Assembly: GCA_037379345.1 (NCBI GenBank)
Contig: CM074511.1
Span: 9,052,001 to 9,116,000 of the forward strand
Direction of reading: 5' to 3'
Source of the DNA: Perna viridis
Taxonomy: Eukaryota
DNA: 64,000 nucleotides
Positions 52,721-64,000 of the stretch are shown here, one piece after another. Both the position numbers and the translations under genes were made by a program. Each line of letters begins with the position of its first letter. Position 1 is the stretch's first letter. Under the pieces are notes generated by a model. It had not been told where the DNA came from. It saw nothing but the letters and a program-made list of their open reading frames with translations, and made no database searches.

Positions 52721-55700
52721 TTTTTTAGGTCTTGTAGAGTAATGAAAAGTCAAATGTAGTTAAACTAAGTTTTTGCAAAAACGATGGTTGTTAGATAAAA
52801 AAATGGTAGTTTTATCGATTATGCAATGACTGCACCAACATAAACCCACTAAATCTAAATTATGATAAAATAAACAAAAATGGATAAACATGTATATAGG
52901 AATATCATGACATAACATCCATGGTACTACATTGGTGCAGACACTTGTAATCCATGCTTAAAGGATAATTTACTGGAACTTCTTAGTTTTGTAAATTTTA
53001 AGAAAACAAGTTGTTTTGACAAATGACTTTGTCCCATATGTCCAGTACAGATAAGTTATAAATGTAAGAATTTAAATTTTAGGCATTAAACTGGTTCTGC
53101 ATAAAAGTTTGTTGTGACTCAAACATCAATTTTCACAAAAAGAAGATGTTAATTTCACCAATAAATATACCTCAACCTTTTTAGCATTCATTCTCTCATA
53201 AAACTTTCAAATGTCTTAATCAGTTCTAAAAAATAAATGACCCAATAACTGCATCCTGCCAAGTTTGGTGGAATTGTGGACATGTCCCAGAGGTAGGGAA
53301 ATCATTTACATGTACAAGCTTAGCATATCCTTAACTGCACTTATCGGTAACTTTCGCCACGGTAGAAACAGATAAAAACTCAATGTCATATACCTGATAC
53401 AAATTCTTCTATTTCAGATTTTAACATGAACAAAAAAATAGTTATATAATATGCATCCATCCAACAGATAACAAGTCTACCTGTACTAATTGTTACAGGA
53501 TTGAACAGTCACAATGTCAGGTGTTACATTTTGAGTTGTCTCTCTTGACACATTACTCTACTTAAGTATGTTCTATAAGAATCAAAACAGCCTTATCAAT
53601 ATGTTTCTGTTTGAGAATTACCTTCTCAATGTAGATGTAGACATATTGTTAAAATGTATAGATACATGTAGTAATAATAGAAAAAAAACCATGTATTTTA
53701 CATCCACTTTTGGACAGCAGGGCACTACGTCTCTATCTATGTACAACTATATCCTAGGTGTTAATCTTCAGAAACTCAAAAGTGGCGAGATCTTCCTCTT
53801 AAAATTTTCCGAAAGAGAAAGATTTGAAGTAGTGTCATTTCATATTTTATTTGTCAATTATTTTTGCGGTATAAAAAAAAACTAGAATTTGTGACAGTTT
53901 ATTTTCATATATTATAAAATTGGATTAGAATTTAAAAAAAAAACAAAAATGAAACAAAACAAAATCATAGTACTGATGTGCTGAATAAATTTATATTGAT
54001 CATTTGAATTTTTACGCTTCAAATAATTGTCAAATTGCAAAAATTGTGGAAAAAAGGAAAGTATGGGGATCGAATTCATACATATCTAAACATAAGCTTA
54101 TGTTGTAAATAGCTAATGTTGAACTCTTTGATTTATTTTTAAATTCACCATTCTGTTTACGAAGGACATAACAAAAACACTTATTTCATAATGCATCATA
54201 GCAGTATGCCAGTTTGCGCAATATTCAAATCAGATGTCGGTTTACATGAAACACCTAGATTATAACAACACAAAACTCTGACATACTGTGTAACTGAGCT
54301 ACAAACTACTAGTTGGTCTTTCAAAATTTTAAAATATTTTCAAGTCGAAATTTAATTTATTGACCTCCAGGTCGAAACTGTCTGTCAAATCAATCGAACT
54401 TAAGCCGCAACAATCATTGAAATAAATCCTTAGATACATGCCCCTCTTAACTAGCTACATTCCTCAGTTGATATATGTTTTATAGCTCAAGTGCTACAAG
54501 TTGTCCTGTAGACACCTATGTGTCATTTAAAGTACTTAGCTTCTTAGGCATATAGTTCCAGACACACACACATGAACACCAAAGTCTTAGAATACAATTT
54601 CAACAATTATGTATGGCGCAGACAACACCAGCGATGCACTTTTAAAGCCCTGAAGCACCTGCAGCTCTATTATCTTTACACATGACCAAAATAGCCCAAT
54701 CGAATGATTATTACAAAAAGCATTATCACCAGACCACAGTGATTCTGATTGGCATCAGACATCAGTCAATGACCTATCGAAATTGTAAATGTGCGGTTGA
54801 ATAAATGACATGGGGGTCCTTGGTCCGATTAAAATTTCTGGCTGTCAAAATTCAGATACGATATTTTTTGTATTCCCCTGCATTATTTTTTAGAATTCAT
54901 GTAACTCAAACCAAATCGTTTATAAAAGAATGTATCTGATTGGTCGAAATCCGATTTCTGATTTATTCAAACCAATCAAATGACTTCTTTCAATCAAGGG
55001 TTTGTTATTGACTTTAACAGAGCTCTTGAAATCAGGAGGAACCAGAAAAGAAGAAAAATATTTTCTACCAAGTAAAAAACACTTTAACAGCCTTAACAGC
55101 CTCTAATTAAGTGGTGTAGACAGATATTTTAAATATGGAAATTGTTGACACACACACACACACAGATACATGTACTTATTCAGTGAAGCTGTTGAAATTT
55201 AGAAGAGAATTAAAATGTTCTATTAAATATCTATTATAATATATAATAACCGATTCCACTTGTTGAAGATCTTGCTGTGACCTCCGAATGATTTTTTTGC
55301 TGCTTAACTGGTTAATTAATTTTGTGTATTTATGGCACTTCCCCATATCCTTGCATATTTCTATAACAATAATTTTTGGTATGGAGTGAATGTGTGTAAG
55401 ATCATATGAAACAGTCTAAGGTTGTTTTTTTTTTGTCTTTCAATCTGACTGGTTTCAGAATTTAAGTCTACTTTATTGAAAGTTCACCTGTCAAATAAAT
55501 AGGCTGACCTGTTGAACATGTATTTATTCATTGAAGTATCAATGTAGTCTTATTGTAGGCAAAATTAGTACTGTATATTTTAAACACCAATTCAAAATGG
55601 ATGTCAATTAGATGGTCATGCAAAAAATGACCAAATATTAATTCAGGCTGTATGGATTGGAATTACATATTCTCAAACTTACACAATTGACACAGTAAAT

Positions 55701-57035
55701 GTCTCACCTGTCAGACAACAAATGAACACAGGGGAATGCCAAATCATCATGTAAATGCAAACCAAATATCATTGACTATAAATGATAGTCACAAAAAGTT
55801 CTCTACCAGAAGTGAACAACAATTTTTTAATATTTTTGCATTTTAAAGAAATATTTTGATACTTATTCAATGCCTAAAAGTGTGTCAGGAGAACCTTCCC
55901 AAGGGGGTTGGAAAATCTTAAATCCATTTTCGGACTAAAGTCCTGAACTAAGATATTTCAAGCTGAATCACTGCAGACCACAGACTGACACCATTCCTGA
56001 GAAATGCATTATCGTAATTCCTATGCCATCGTCTAAGCAAAATTTAATTTTTATTTGCCATCTCCAGACTTCGGATGTCATGAGGCAGTAACCATATTAA
56101 AAATACATGATACTGTGTGAGTGATACACAGAGATTGTTTCAAGGGGTTATTATAACTTATGCTACCCTTTTGTAAAACATTTTGCAAAAAAAAATTAAT
56201 GGCTGATGATAGCATAGAACCTCTTTCTTTACTTAAATTTCTTGATCAGATCCACTACCCCAATTTTTGTAAATATTTGGATCTGCCAGGGTCTGCATGA
56301 AATATCAGAAGATAGCTTTAGCATTCTGACTATGTATAGCCTTGCAGGTTTTCATTTCTATCTATATTATATGTCTAAAAATAAATAGACAACTTGAATA
56401 TATCAACAATGAATGATCGATTGCATGGAAATAAACAGGTGCTGAGCAGAGGTCAACTATTTTTAATTGGATTGTTATTAATATAAATGTTCAATCCTAA
56501 TTTATCAGGTTGATAAACCAATTAACAACTTTTACTTGAACTTAATATGCTGATTCAGCATATCAAGTTCGCAGTAAAAATTGTTTATTGTTTTTGTTTA
56601 TTGGGGAAAATAACAGAATTAAATTTGATATACTAGAAATACCTACAAAAAAGATCTAACTAACTGTATTTGAACCTATATGAGGCATGCCAATGAGACT
56701 ATTTTACTGCTACAGTGTAAGATAATTGCAGATGCTATCAGGCTTTACAAATCTAAAGGCTCTGGTGACTGCTACAAATGTATATCAATTCTGATCTCCG
56801 ATCTAAATTGATAAAAAAAAAACTGTTAGTTTGGTCCAAATTGAAATGTCACTCCTGAGCATCATGAATTCCCTTTTTCTCCCATCATTGTGACTTGTGA
56901 AATACCTGAATACCAAAATTCCAAAAGGGGAAGAAAGCTCCCTCTGAGAGACAATCAAGGCAGCAGGAGACAACAGAATTTATTAAGAAATATCAGAAGG
57001 CTCCTGCAAGAAGCTATGATCTATATTAGAAATAT

Positions 57036-58133
57036 TGTAACGACCAAGGGGTCTTATATTTATAGAAGTGTGACTGTTACTTGCTAAGAAGCAGGTAAAT
57101 TTCAGATAACTTAATAATTTGTTTATGTCGGAAATCGACATTTGTTTACAATGTGATATAGTATGGAATGTCTATAAAATCTTTTAGAATTCCCAGTTGG
57201 TTGACCACATTGAATGAAAGATAGTGCTATTTATTAAACATGTTTACCTCTAATTTATTCCATTTGTGTGTGGATATTTAGAAATGGCTTATAACCATCC
57301 AAATTGGGAATTGGAAGTCCGTTTGTTTACATCAGCAGCAATTGTTTATTTGATGTGTACTTTGTGTACTTGAATTTTGACAGAGTGTGTATGCCATCGA
57401 TTGTTCTCCAAAATACGTGTGCTGATTGGTTAATGAGTTATATAAAAGAGCATTTCTAGTTCCAGCAGACTGTTTGTCTCAGTTCTGCAAGAGCAGAACA
57501 GATCTTGAGATCTGTTTGTATCCAGACTAGAAAATATCAACCTTCCACCATGTCAGAGCCAAGATTATGCTCAGAGTTGAGCCTGGTACGGTCAATGTAT
57601 ATGTAAATTAGCCATCTGGCTGGTTTAGTCAACCTTCATCCGCAAGTCCCAATAGATTTGTTTATGTGTCACTAAGACGCCATTACCTTAGACAGGTTGA
57701 ATATGAATTAATGTCCTTTGAGGAATTATGAGGCATAGTTTAATGTTTTGCTGAATTTACATCTTTAATAAAGTTTAAAGGTTGAAAGATCAACCTTGAT
57801 TTACCCAATAATGATAATAAGAATAAGTGATGTCAACCTTCACCGTCAACCTTTTTTTTTTAATGTCAACCTTCTATGTCAATCTTCGAAAGGCTGAAAG
57901 AGTTCTGTTTTTGGATGGTTATAAGACCCAGGTTGAGAATTTGTTTTGTCATTGTTATGAAACATTGAATATGATATATATAAATTTATGAAATCATTTT
58001 GAATCCTGACTTGAGTATAATTATTTCCACCTAATATCAAAACAAAGACTCACACAAATTCTAAACGTTTCGGTGGAGTCCTTTGTACTTCTATACATGT
58101 ATGCCACTCAGTAGAAAGGGCGAAATCGTTACA
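57036..58133 (+). repeat. 5' LTR (1098 bp)
   Basis: Perfect 8-bp inverted termini TGTAACGA...TCGTTACA, with the right end 1 nt before the PBS. The left boundary is inferred without a second LTR. Confidence 0.8.
57422..57448 (+). promoter_or_regulatory. LTR promoter: inverted CCAAT box plus TATA box
   Basis: CTGATTGGTT at 57422 and TATATAAAAG at 57439; AATAAA at 57767. Confidence 0.55.
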
Positions 58134-58134
58134 C

Positions 58135-58152
58135 TGGTGTCAGAAGTGGGAT
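58135..58152 (+). other. Primer-binding site complementary to the tRNA-Leu 3' end
   Basis: TGGTGTCAGAAGTGGGAT is the reverse complement of AUCCCACUUCUGACACCA, the eukaryotic tRNA-Leu(CAA)-type 3' end. Confidence 0.9.
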
Positions 58153-58276
58153 CCATGTGAATTTGTTCATGGTTGAAATACAGATGGTAAAGAATTTGAG
58201 AAGCCGCTGTTCCCCTTAAAATAGAATAAAACTGAAAAAGAAATTTTCGTGTCATTTTTACTGAATCTGGTATACA

Positions 58277-59480
58277 ATGGATGATTCCCGAGAAGTAACC
58301 CTTAACCTGAACCATTCATTGCAAGATGAAAATAGTGATGATGAAACCCTTCCGTTAGATGAGGCTCCCGAAATAGAGTGGGTTGACTCGACCAGACAGA
58401 TGTCTAATCCAAATAATTCAGATAATGTTGAATTAAATATTGATGTTAAGACCTTGTTGCAAGAGCAAATAAGGAATATGTCACAAGAATTTTTAACCTA
58501 CCAAAAAGAAGTATTTGTGTCTATTTCACAAGTGAAAGAAGGTTTTGATGACGAAATTTTGACTCTTAGAAGTCGCATGCAAACGAGGGAGGAAGAATTA
58601 CAAGAAAAAGATCAAACAATAAAAAGATTGAAATATCTAATTACAGAAAAAAACAATACAAATACAAGTCAAATACTTCTGGATAAAGATGAATTCCCTA
58701 GATTTAACAACATAATTTCACAAAAGCATTTAGGTGTTTCAATGAAACCCCAACTTTTTGATGGTAGCAAAGATCTGGAGGAATATTTGGCTCAGTTTGA
58801 GATTTTAGCAGAAATAAATAATTGGGACTACCCAACAAAATCACAATATTTGGCGGGAAGCTTAAAAGGGGAAGCAAGAGCTCTACTGAATGAATTAAAT
58901 AAGGCAGCCAGGAGGGATTATGATCAAATGGTTTCCACATTAAATGCCAGGTATGGGTCGGCTGAAAGGGCTGAAGTATTTAGGGCGAGATTGCAATCTT
59001 GAGTAAGGGGAAAAGACGAAAGTGCAAGCAATTAAAAAATTGGCAAGGCAAGCATATCCAGGCGCTCAATCTTCATTAACAGCAATCTTAGCCCTTGAAC
59101 ACTTCATAGATGCTATACTCGATGGGGATGGAGTCAAACCCACGAAATACAGGTGAGGCAGAGACTCTAGCCGTGAGGTTTGAAGCGCTGCGCATGTCAG
59201 AGAGACAGAAAGGTCGTATGGTAAGGTAGGCGGAAGTTACCCAAAACCAATTAAAAAAAAACCAAAAGACTGTACCGGGGAGGGCATTAGTGTCCAACTC
59301 TCCGAAATCAGTAGGGAACTGAGCAATCTTACAAAAGAAATAAAAAGATTGGCCCAAAATCAAAGAAATACCCCCACACACAGAACGGCCAGGGAAGGAA
59401 GTTTGGTAACCAAAGTAGAAATTACGGTTATGATAATAGAAATTTCAACCAAAATCAAAGCAGGGTCAGGCACAATTACA
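58277..59480 (+). pseudogene. gag: gag, disrupted (241-codon intact N-terminal part, premature TGA at 59000)
   Basis: Coiled-coil N-terminus, then MKPQLFDGSKDLEEYLAQFEILAEINNW...LKGEA...LNARYG. Continues in broken frames (LARQAYP, LALEHFIDA). Confidence 0.85.
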
Positions 59481-59489
59481 ATAATTTCT

Positions 59490-62400
59490 CTCAAAAGATT
59501 GAGCCAGTGAATGTAAACTTGACAACTGCAACTGGTGAGAGTTCACCGTTTATTGGACAAATTTCAATTTAATTTTGTCTAGGAACCAAAACGTATAATC
59601 ACAATGTATTAGTGGCAGACATACCTAATGAAGGAATTTTGGGTATGGACTTTATGACAGCCTATGAATGTGATGTTTTACTGAGCAAATACAAATTGAT
59701 AATTAAAGGGGAGACAATTCCATGTTTCCATTACACTAGTAATGCTAATTGTTATAAGGTTGTTGTACAAGAGACCCTAGAGGTGCCTCCTAACTCAGAA
59801 ATTATTGTTCCGGGGGAACCAAATGGGCCCATGTTTAGAGGTTCAATAGGATTGATTGAACCTAATGATAATTTTATTCAGAATAAAGGGTTGTTAGTGG
59901 CAAGAGCATTAGTAGACCAAAGGTCGGCAATATTCCACTAAGAATTATAAATATCAATGATGATTCCTGTACACTGTACAAAAGTACTAATGTAGCTACA
60001 TGCTACCAGATAGAAAATAAAGACATAAGAACTTCAAGGGTGGTAAATAAATATCTCGGCGTGTCAAGATGAAGCAGACCAGGAGAGATGTCTACCAGAA
60101 CACTTATATGAAATGTATGAATCTTGCCATGGACAGCTTGATGAGACCCAGAAAAAAAAATTCAAAGAGTTGCTGTTACAGTATAGCAACGTATTTTCAA
60201 AGTCATCGGAAGATATTGGGCTGACAGACTTAGTGCAGCAAACCATCAACACCGGCAACCATCCACCGGTCAGACAGACTAAGAAGAATACCCTTAGCAC
60301 GGATGAAAGATGCAGAATCTGAGATCCAGAAGATGGTAAGTCAAGACATTATAGAACCTTCGACAAGCCCCTGGAACTCTAACATAGAACTGGTGAGGAA
60401 ATCGGACCAGACATGGCATTTTTGTATAGATTATAGAGCCGTTAATGAGTGTGTTATGAAAGATTCACACCCATTGCCCAGAATAGATGATACATTGGAT
60501 GCATTGTCAGGTGCCAAATATTTTTCAAATGTAGATTTGAAGGCAGGATATTATCAAATTCCTGTGGCTGAGGTTGATCGGCCTAAAACAGCCTTTTCAT
60601 TCCCGGGGGGAGGTCTATGGCAATTCAAAAGAATGCCTATGGGACTATGTAATAGTGCTCCTGTTTTTGAGAGATTAATGGAGAGAGTTTTAACGGGGTT
60701 GACCTTTAAGATATATTTAGTATATCTTAACGATATAATTATATTTTCAAAATCACTATCAAGTCATATGTCTGGCTTGAAAGAAGTGTTTCAAAGGTTG
60801 AAAGAAGCCAACCTAAAACTGAGCCCAAAGAAATGTCATTTTCTTAAAAAAGAAATAAAGTTTTTGGGGCATGTTGTAAGTGATAAGGGGGTTACAACTG
60901 ATTCAAGTAAGATTCAAGTGGTTGAAAACTGGCCTATTCCCCGTAGTGTGAAAGAAGTTAGGAGTTTCTTAGGGTTGACATTATATTATAGGAAATTTAT
61001 TTTGAGATATGCTGACAAAACTAAACCTTTGTATAAGGTAACAGAGAAAAATCAAACGTTTAAGTAGACAAATGAGTGTCAGAATGCTTTTGAGGAGCTT
61101 AAGAATAAGAATGCACTCGTGCAAGCACCAATTTTAGTTTACCCTACAGAGGAAAATTTTTTTATTTTGGACTGTGATGCCTCAAATTTAGGGATGGGTT
61201 CTGTATTGTCCCAAGTATAAGATGGAGTGGAAAAGGTTGTTTGCTACTTCAGCAAAACCTTTAACAGAGCAGAGAGACGATATTGTGTAACCAGGCGTGA
61301 ATTATTGGCTGTGGTAGCCTCAATAAAAAAGTTCCATCATTTCCTACACGGTCGACATTTTAGAATAAGAAGTGACCATGGATCACTAAGGTGGTTGTTT
61401 AATTTTAAGAATCCTGAAGGACAGTTGGCAAGGTGGTTTGAGGTATTGGCCTCATACAACTTCAAGATTGAACACAGAGCAGGAAGATCACATGGGAATG
61501 CAGATGCATTAAGTCGGAGGCCATGTTATGACAAAGAATGTCCTCACTGTACTAGAGCCGAAACCAACTACGAACTTAAAGCCGATTATCTCAATGATAA
61601 CCCTGAGAAGGTTGAATGTAGCCATACCTTGGAGGATGAAGTAAAGCTGAAAGATGCAACCATAGAAGCTATACAGAGTTGTTTACAAGATGAACAATGT
61701 TCTTCAAACCAGAAAAATACAGAAAAGTCACAGTCCAATAAAGATGGCTAAGTTTATAAAGAATGGGGAAAACAGGTTTCCCTTGACGCACACCTTGAGA
61801 AATCTGATTTGGTCAGAGTATGTACAAGAAAAAAATAGTCCACTATGGTCCTAATCAGGAAAAACCAAGCCAAGCAGAATGAGACGTTTGATAAAGACAA
61901 TCCAAAACCACAAAAAAAAACAGAAAAACTACCTCAGCTTCAGAGGGAGGATGAGATATTAGGTGTTGTATTAGAATGGAAAAAAGTCAATTGTAAACTG
62001 AAACGGGAAGATATTTCTCAATTAAGTCCAGAATTAAAGTTCTATTGGTCCAGACTGGATTCCATTATTTTTTACCATGAGGTCCTGTATAGAAAATGGG
62101 AGAATAATATGGGGAAGCAATGTGAATTGCATATTATCATACCTAAGAGTATTAGGCGGTTTGTAATGAACCAGATCCATAATACTGTAACGGGAGGTCA
62201 TCTGGGGTTCAAGAAAACCCTATCTAAAATTAATAAAAGATATTGGTGGTACAAAATGAGACAAGAAGTAAAATACTGGTGCATCAAATGTGATGTCTGT
62301 GCTTCAAAGAAAGTACCACAAAGAAAACCGAAGGCTCCAATGCAACAATACCTTGTTGGTGCTCCATGGGAAAGAATGGCATTAGATATACTAGGTCCCT

Positions 62401-63241
62401 TATCTTTAAGTAGAGAAAGTAATAAGCACCTACTTGCTGTACAGGATTATTTTACTAAGTGGGCTGAGGCAATACCAATTAGGAATACAGAGGCAGCTAC
62501 ATTGGCCCAGAAATTTATTGAAAGAATCATTTCAATCTTTGGGGTACCTCTTTCAATTCACTCAGACCAAGGGTCCAACTTTGAGTCAAATGTTTTCAAA
62601 GAGATGTGCAAAATTTTAGGTATCCATAAGACCATTACAACTCCTTTTAGACCAAAATCAGATGGGATGGTTGAAAAGGCAAACTCAACTATAGAGACCA
62701 TGCTTTCAGCATTTGTGAGTGCCCACCAACAAGATTGGGATGAATATATTTATTTTCTAACGTTAGCTTATAGGTCAGCTGAGCATGAAAGCTTAGGGGT
62801 ATCTCCATGTTCTATGTTACTGGGGAGAGAAATAAACCTTCCTGTAGACTTGATATTAGGTAAACCAGAAACTGATAGGTCCCAAACTATTGAAAAAAAA
62901 CGCATATGTGTATGAGCTAGCACAGAAGTTAGAGCAAGTGCACAAGATCGCAAGGCGAAGATTAAAAATTTCTAGCAATAGAATGAAGCATTATTATAAT
63001 GCAAATGCAAAAATGCAGCAGTTAGGAGCGCCAGTGTGGCTACACAACCCAAAGCGTAGAAAAGGCTCATGCCCAAAGTTACAGAGAAACTGGGAGGGCC
63101 CATATGTTGTTATTAGTAAACTTAATGAAGTTATCTACAGAGTTCAAAAAGGTGTACAGGTCAAAGGTTGTTCACCAGGATAGGTTGAAACCATATCTAG
63201 GAGAAAACTCACCACAATGGTTCCAGAAATTAACAAAATGA
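59490..63241 (+). pseudogene. pol: pol, disrupted: protease C-terminal half, RT, RNase H, integrase
   Basis: ILGMDF; SPWNS...FCIDYR...PLPRIDD...DLKAGYYQ...MPMGL...YLNDII (YxDD mutated); LDCDAS, RRELLA, SDHGSL, NADALSR; HHCC, ALDILGP, SDQGSNF, DGMVE; WEGPY. Confidence 0.93.
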
Positions 63242-63375
63242 AGGTCATGTCCAGAACAGATTCATCAATAATTACGTTAAGAAAAAAAAAGTTAGATTAC
63301 TTTTAAATGTATAAAAAGAAATGTATAAATCTCATGAGAGAATTAAAGATTAAGGAAGTTTCCTCTATATTACAG

Positions 63376-64000
63376 ATCACCATATACACTTGCGGTATAT
63401 GCAACGACTTTAGTTTCGACCAAAGCATAACCTGCAAAAGACACATGGAAGAACAACACAGTGGTTTTGGTCTCAGGTGCAGTGATTGTAGAGTGCTTGT
63501 TAGCCGTCACGCAGCACACAAAAATTGTAATGGGCAGTTGAAGAGGGTGAATAGGTCCACCATGACCTTTACTAGAGTAGAGGAGGAGACGTATGTCAAA
63601 TTTTTGAAGAGTAGAGAAAGTCGAATGATAATAGAAAGAGTATCGGTAGAAGAAAAGAACAGAAGAACTAGAAATAACAAAAGGAAGTCACATTCGGTCT
63701 CAAATAGAAAAGAGAGGTCACCGCTGGCAGGGTTGTACCAGGATAACCAAAAAAACTTCACAACAGGCAGTATTGAAAACCAGAAGAAAAGACGTAGAGA
63801 TGATGACAGCCGTGAGAAAAAGAGGGCTATGTCCAACCAGAATGTTAGCAAATCAGGAAAAGAAAAGGAGAATGTCATAGAAAAGAAAAGAAAGGATGGA
63901 AGTGATCAAAAGAGAGTAGTAAAGAACAAGGTTGAGGGCGACATTAGGAAATTGAAAGATCTTGCCGATGAATTAGCAACTTCAGCAGACGAGGTATCTA
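63376..64000 (+). CDS. Third (accessory) ORF of the Gypsy element: C2H2-like zinc finger(s) plus a Lys/Arg/Glu-rich region, 3'-partial
   Basis: Frame is open from ATG 63307 to the window end. Acceptor TTTCCTCTATATTACAG ends at 63375. Translation ITIYTCGICNDFSFDQSITCKRHMEEQHSGFGLRCSDCRVLVSRHAAHKNC...QKKRRRD... Confidence 0.7.
   Translation, partial: MTIYTCGICNDFSFDQSITCKRHMEEQHSGFGLRCSDCRVLVSRHAAHKNCNGQLKRVNRSTMTFTRVEEETYVKFLKSRESRMIIERVSVEEKNRRTRNNKRKSHSVSNRKERSPLAGLYQDNQKNFTTGSIENQKKRRRDDDSREKKRAMSNQNVSKSGKEKENVIEKKRKDGSDQKRVVKNKVEGDIRKLKDLADELATSADEVS

Larger units (their letters stand above)
57036..64000 (+). mobile_element. Ty3/Gypsy LTR retrotransposon, decayed; 3' end lies outside the window
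   Basis: Order LTR-PBS-gag-PR-RT-RNaseH-IN(GPY/F); many stops and frameshifts. Confidence 0.95.

Noticed and set aside
63507-63878. 123-aa hydrophobic minus-strand ORF, possibly env-like or antisense protein
   Set aside because: It is the antisense shadow of the purine-rich plus-strand zinc-finger ORF.
63307-64000. Idea that the accessory ORF is selectively preserved (domesticated) while gag-pol decays
   Set aside because: Equally long or longer uninterrupted stretches survive in gag (241 aa) and integrase (356 aa), so an open 208-231 codons is not evidence of selection.

Overview
AT-rich, intron-containing animal genomic DNA; repeat content and gene style suggest a bivalve mollusc such as a mussel (inference only). 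Three main components. (1) + strand, 7203-20542: ten exons of an L1/neuroglian-family cell-adhesion gene (one Ig and five FN3 domains visible, about 657 aa; 5' exons not identified). It ends in a GPI-signal-like hydrophobic tail rather than a transmembrane helix plus ankyrin-binding tail. Three of its splice sites are tandemly duplicated, one as a 12 x 48-bp donor array. (2) - strand, 41717-27450: a 13-exon PFKFB (6-phosphofructo-2-kinase/fructose-2,6-bisphosphatase) core. It carries a diverged duplicate of the penultimate exon with its own candidate terminal exon, and several candidate alternative first exons. (3) + strand, 57036 to the window end: a decayed Ty3/Gypsy LTR retrotransposon (1098-bp LTR, tRNA-Leu PBS, gag, pol). 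Downstream of pol, in the position env would occupy, lies an open zinc-finger/basic ORF that the ORF track omits. It has a splice acceptor that joins in frame to an ATG|GTAAGA donor just after the PBS, suggesting a spliced subgenomic accessory gene. This is the strongest candidate for something undescribed. Minisatellites, MITEs and dispersed repeats fill the introns. All exon calls come from manual translation and splice-phase checks; no database search was run.
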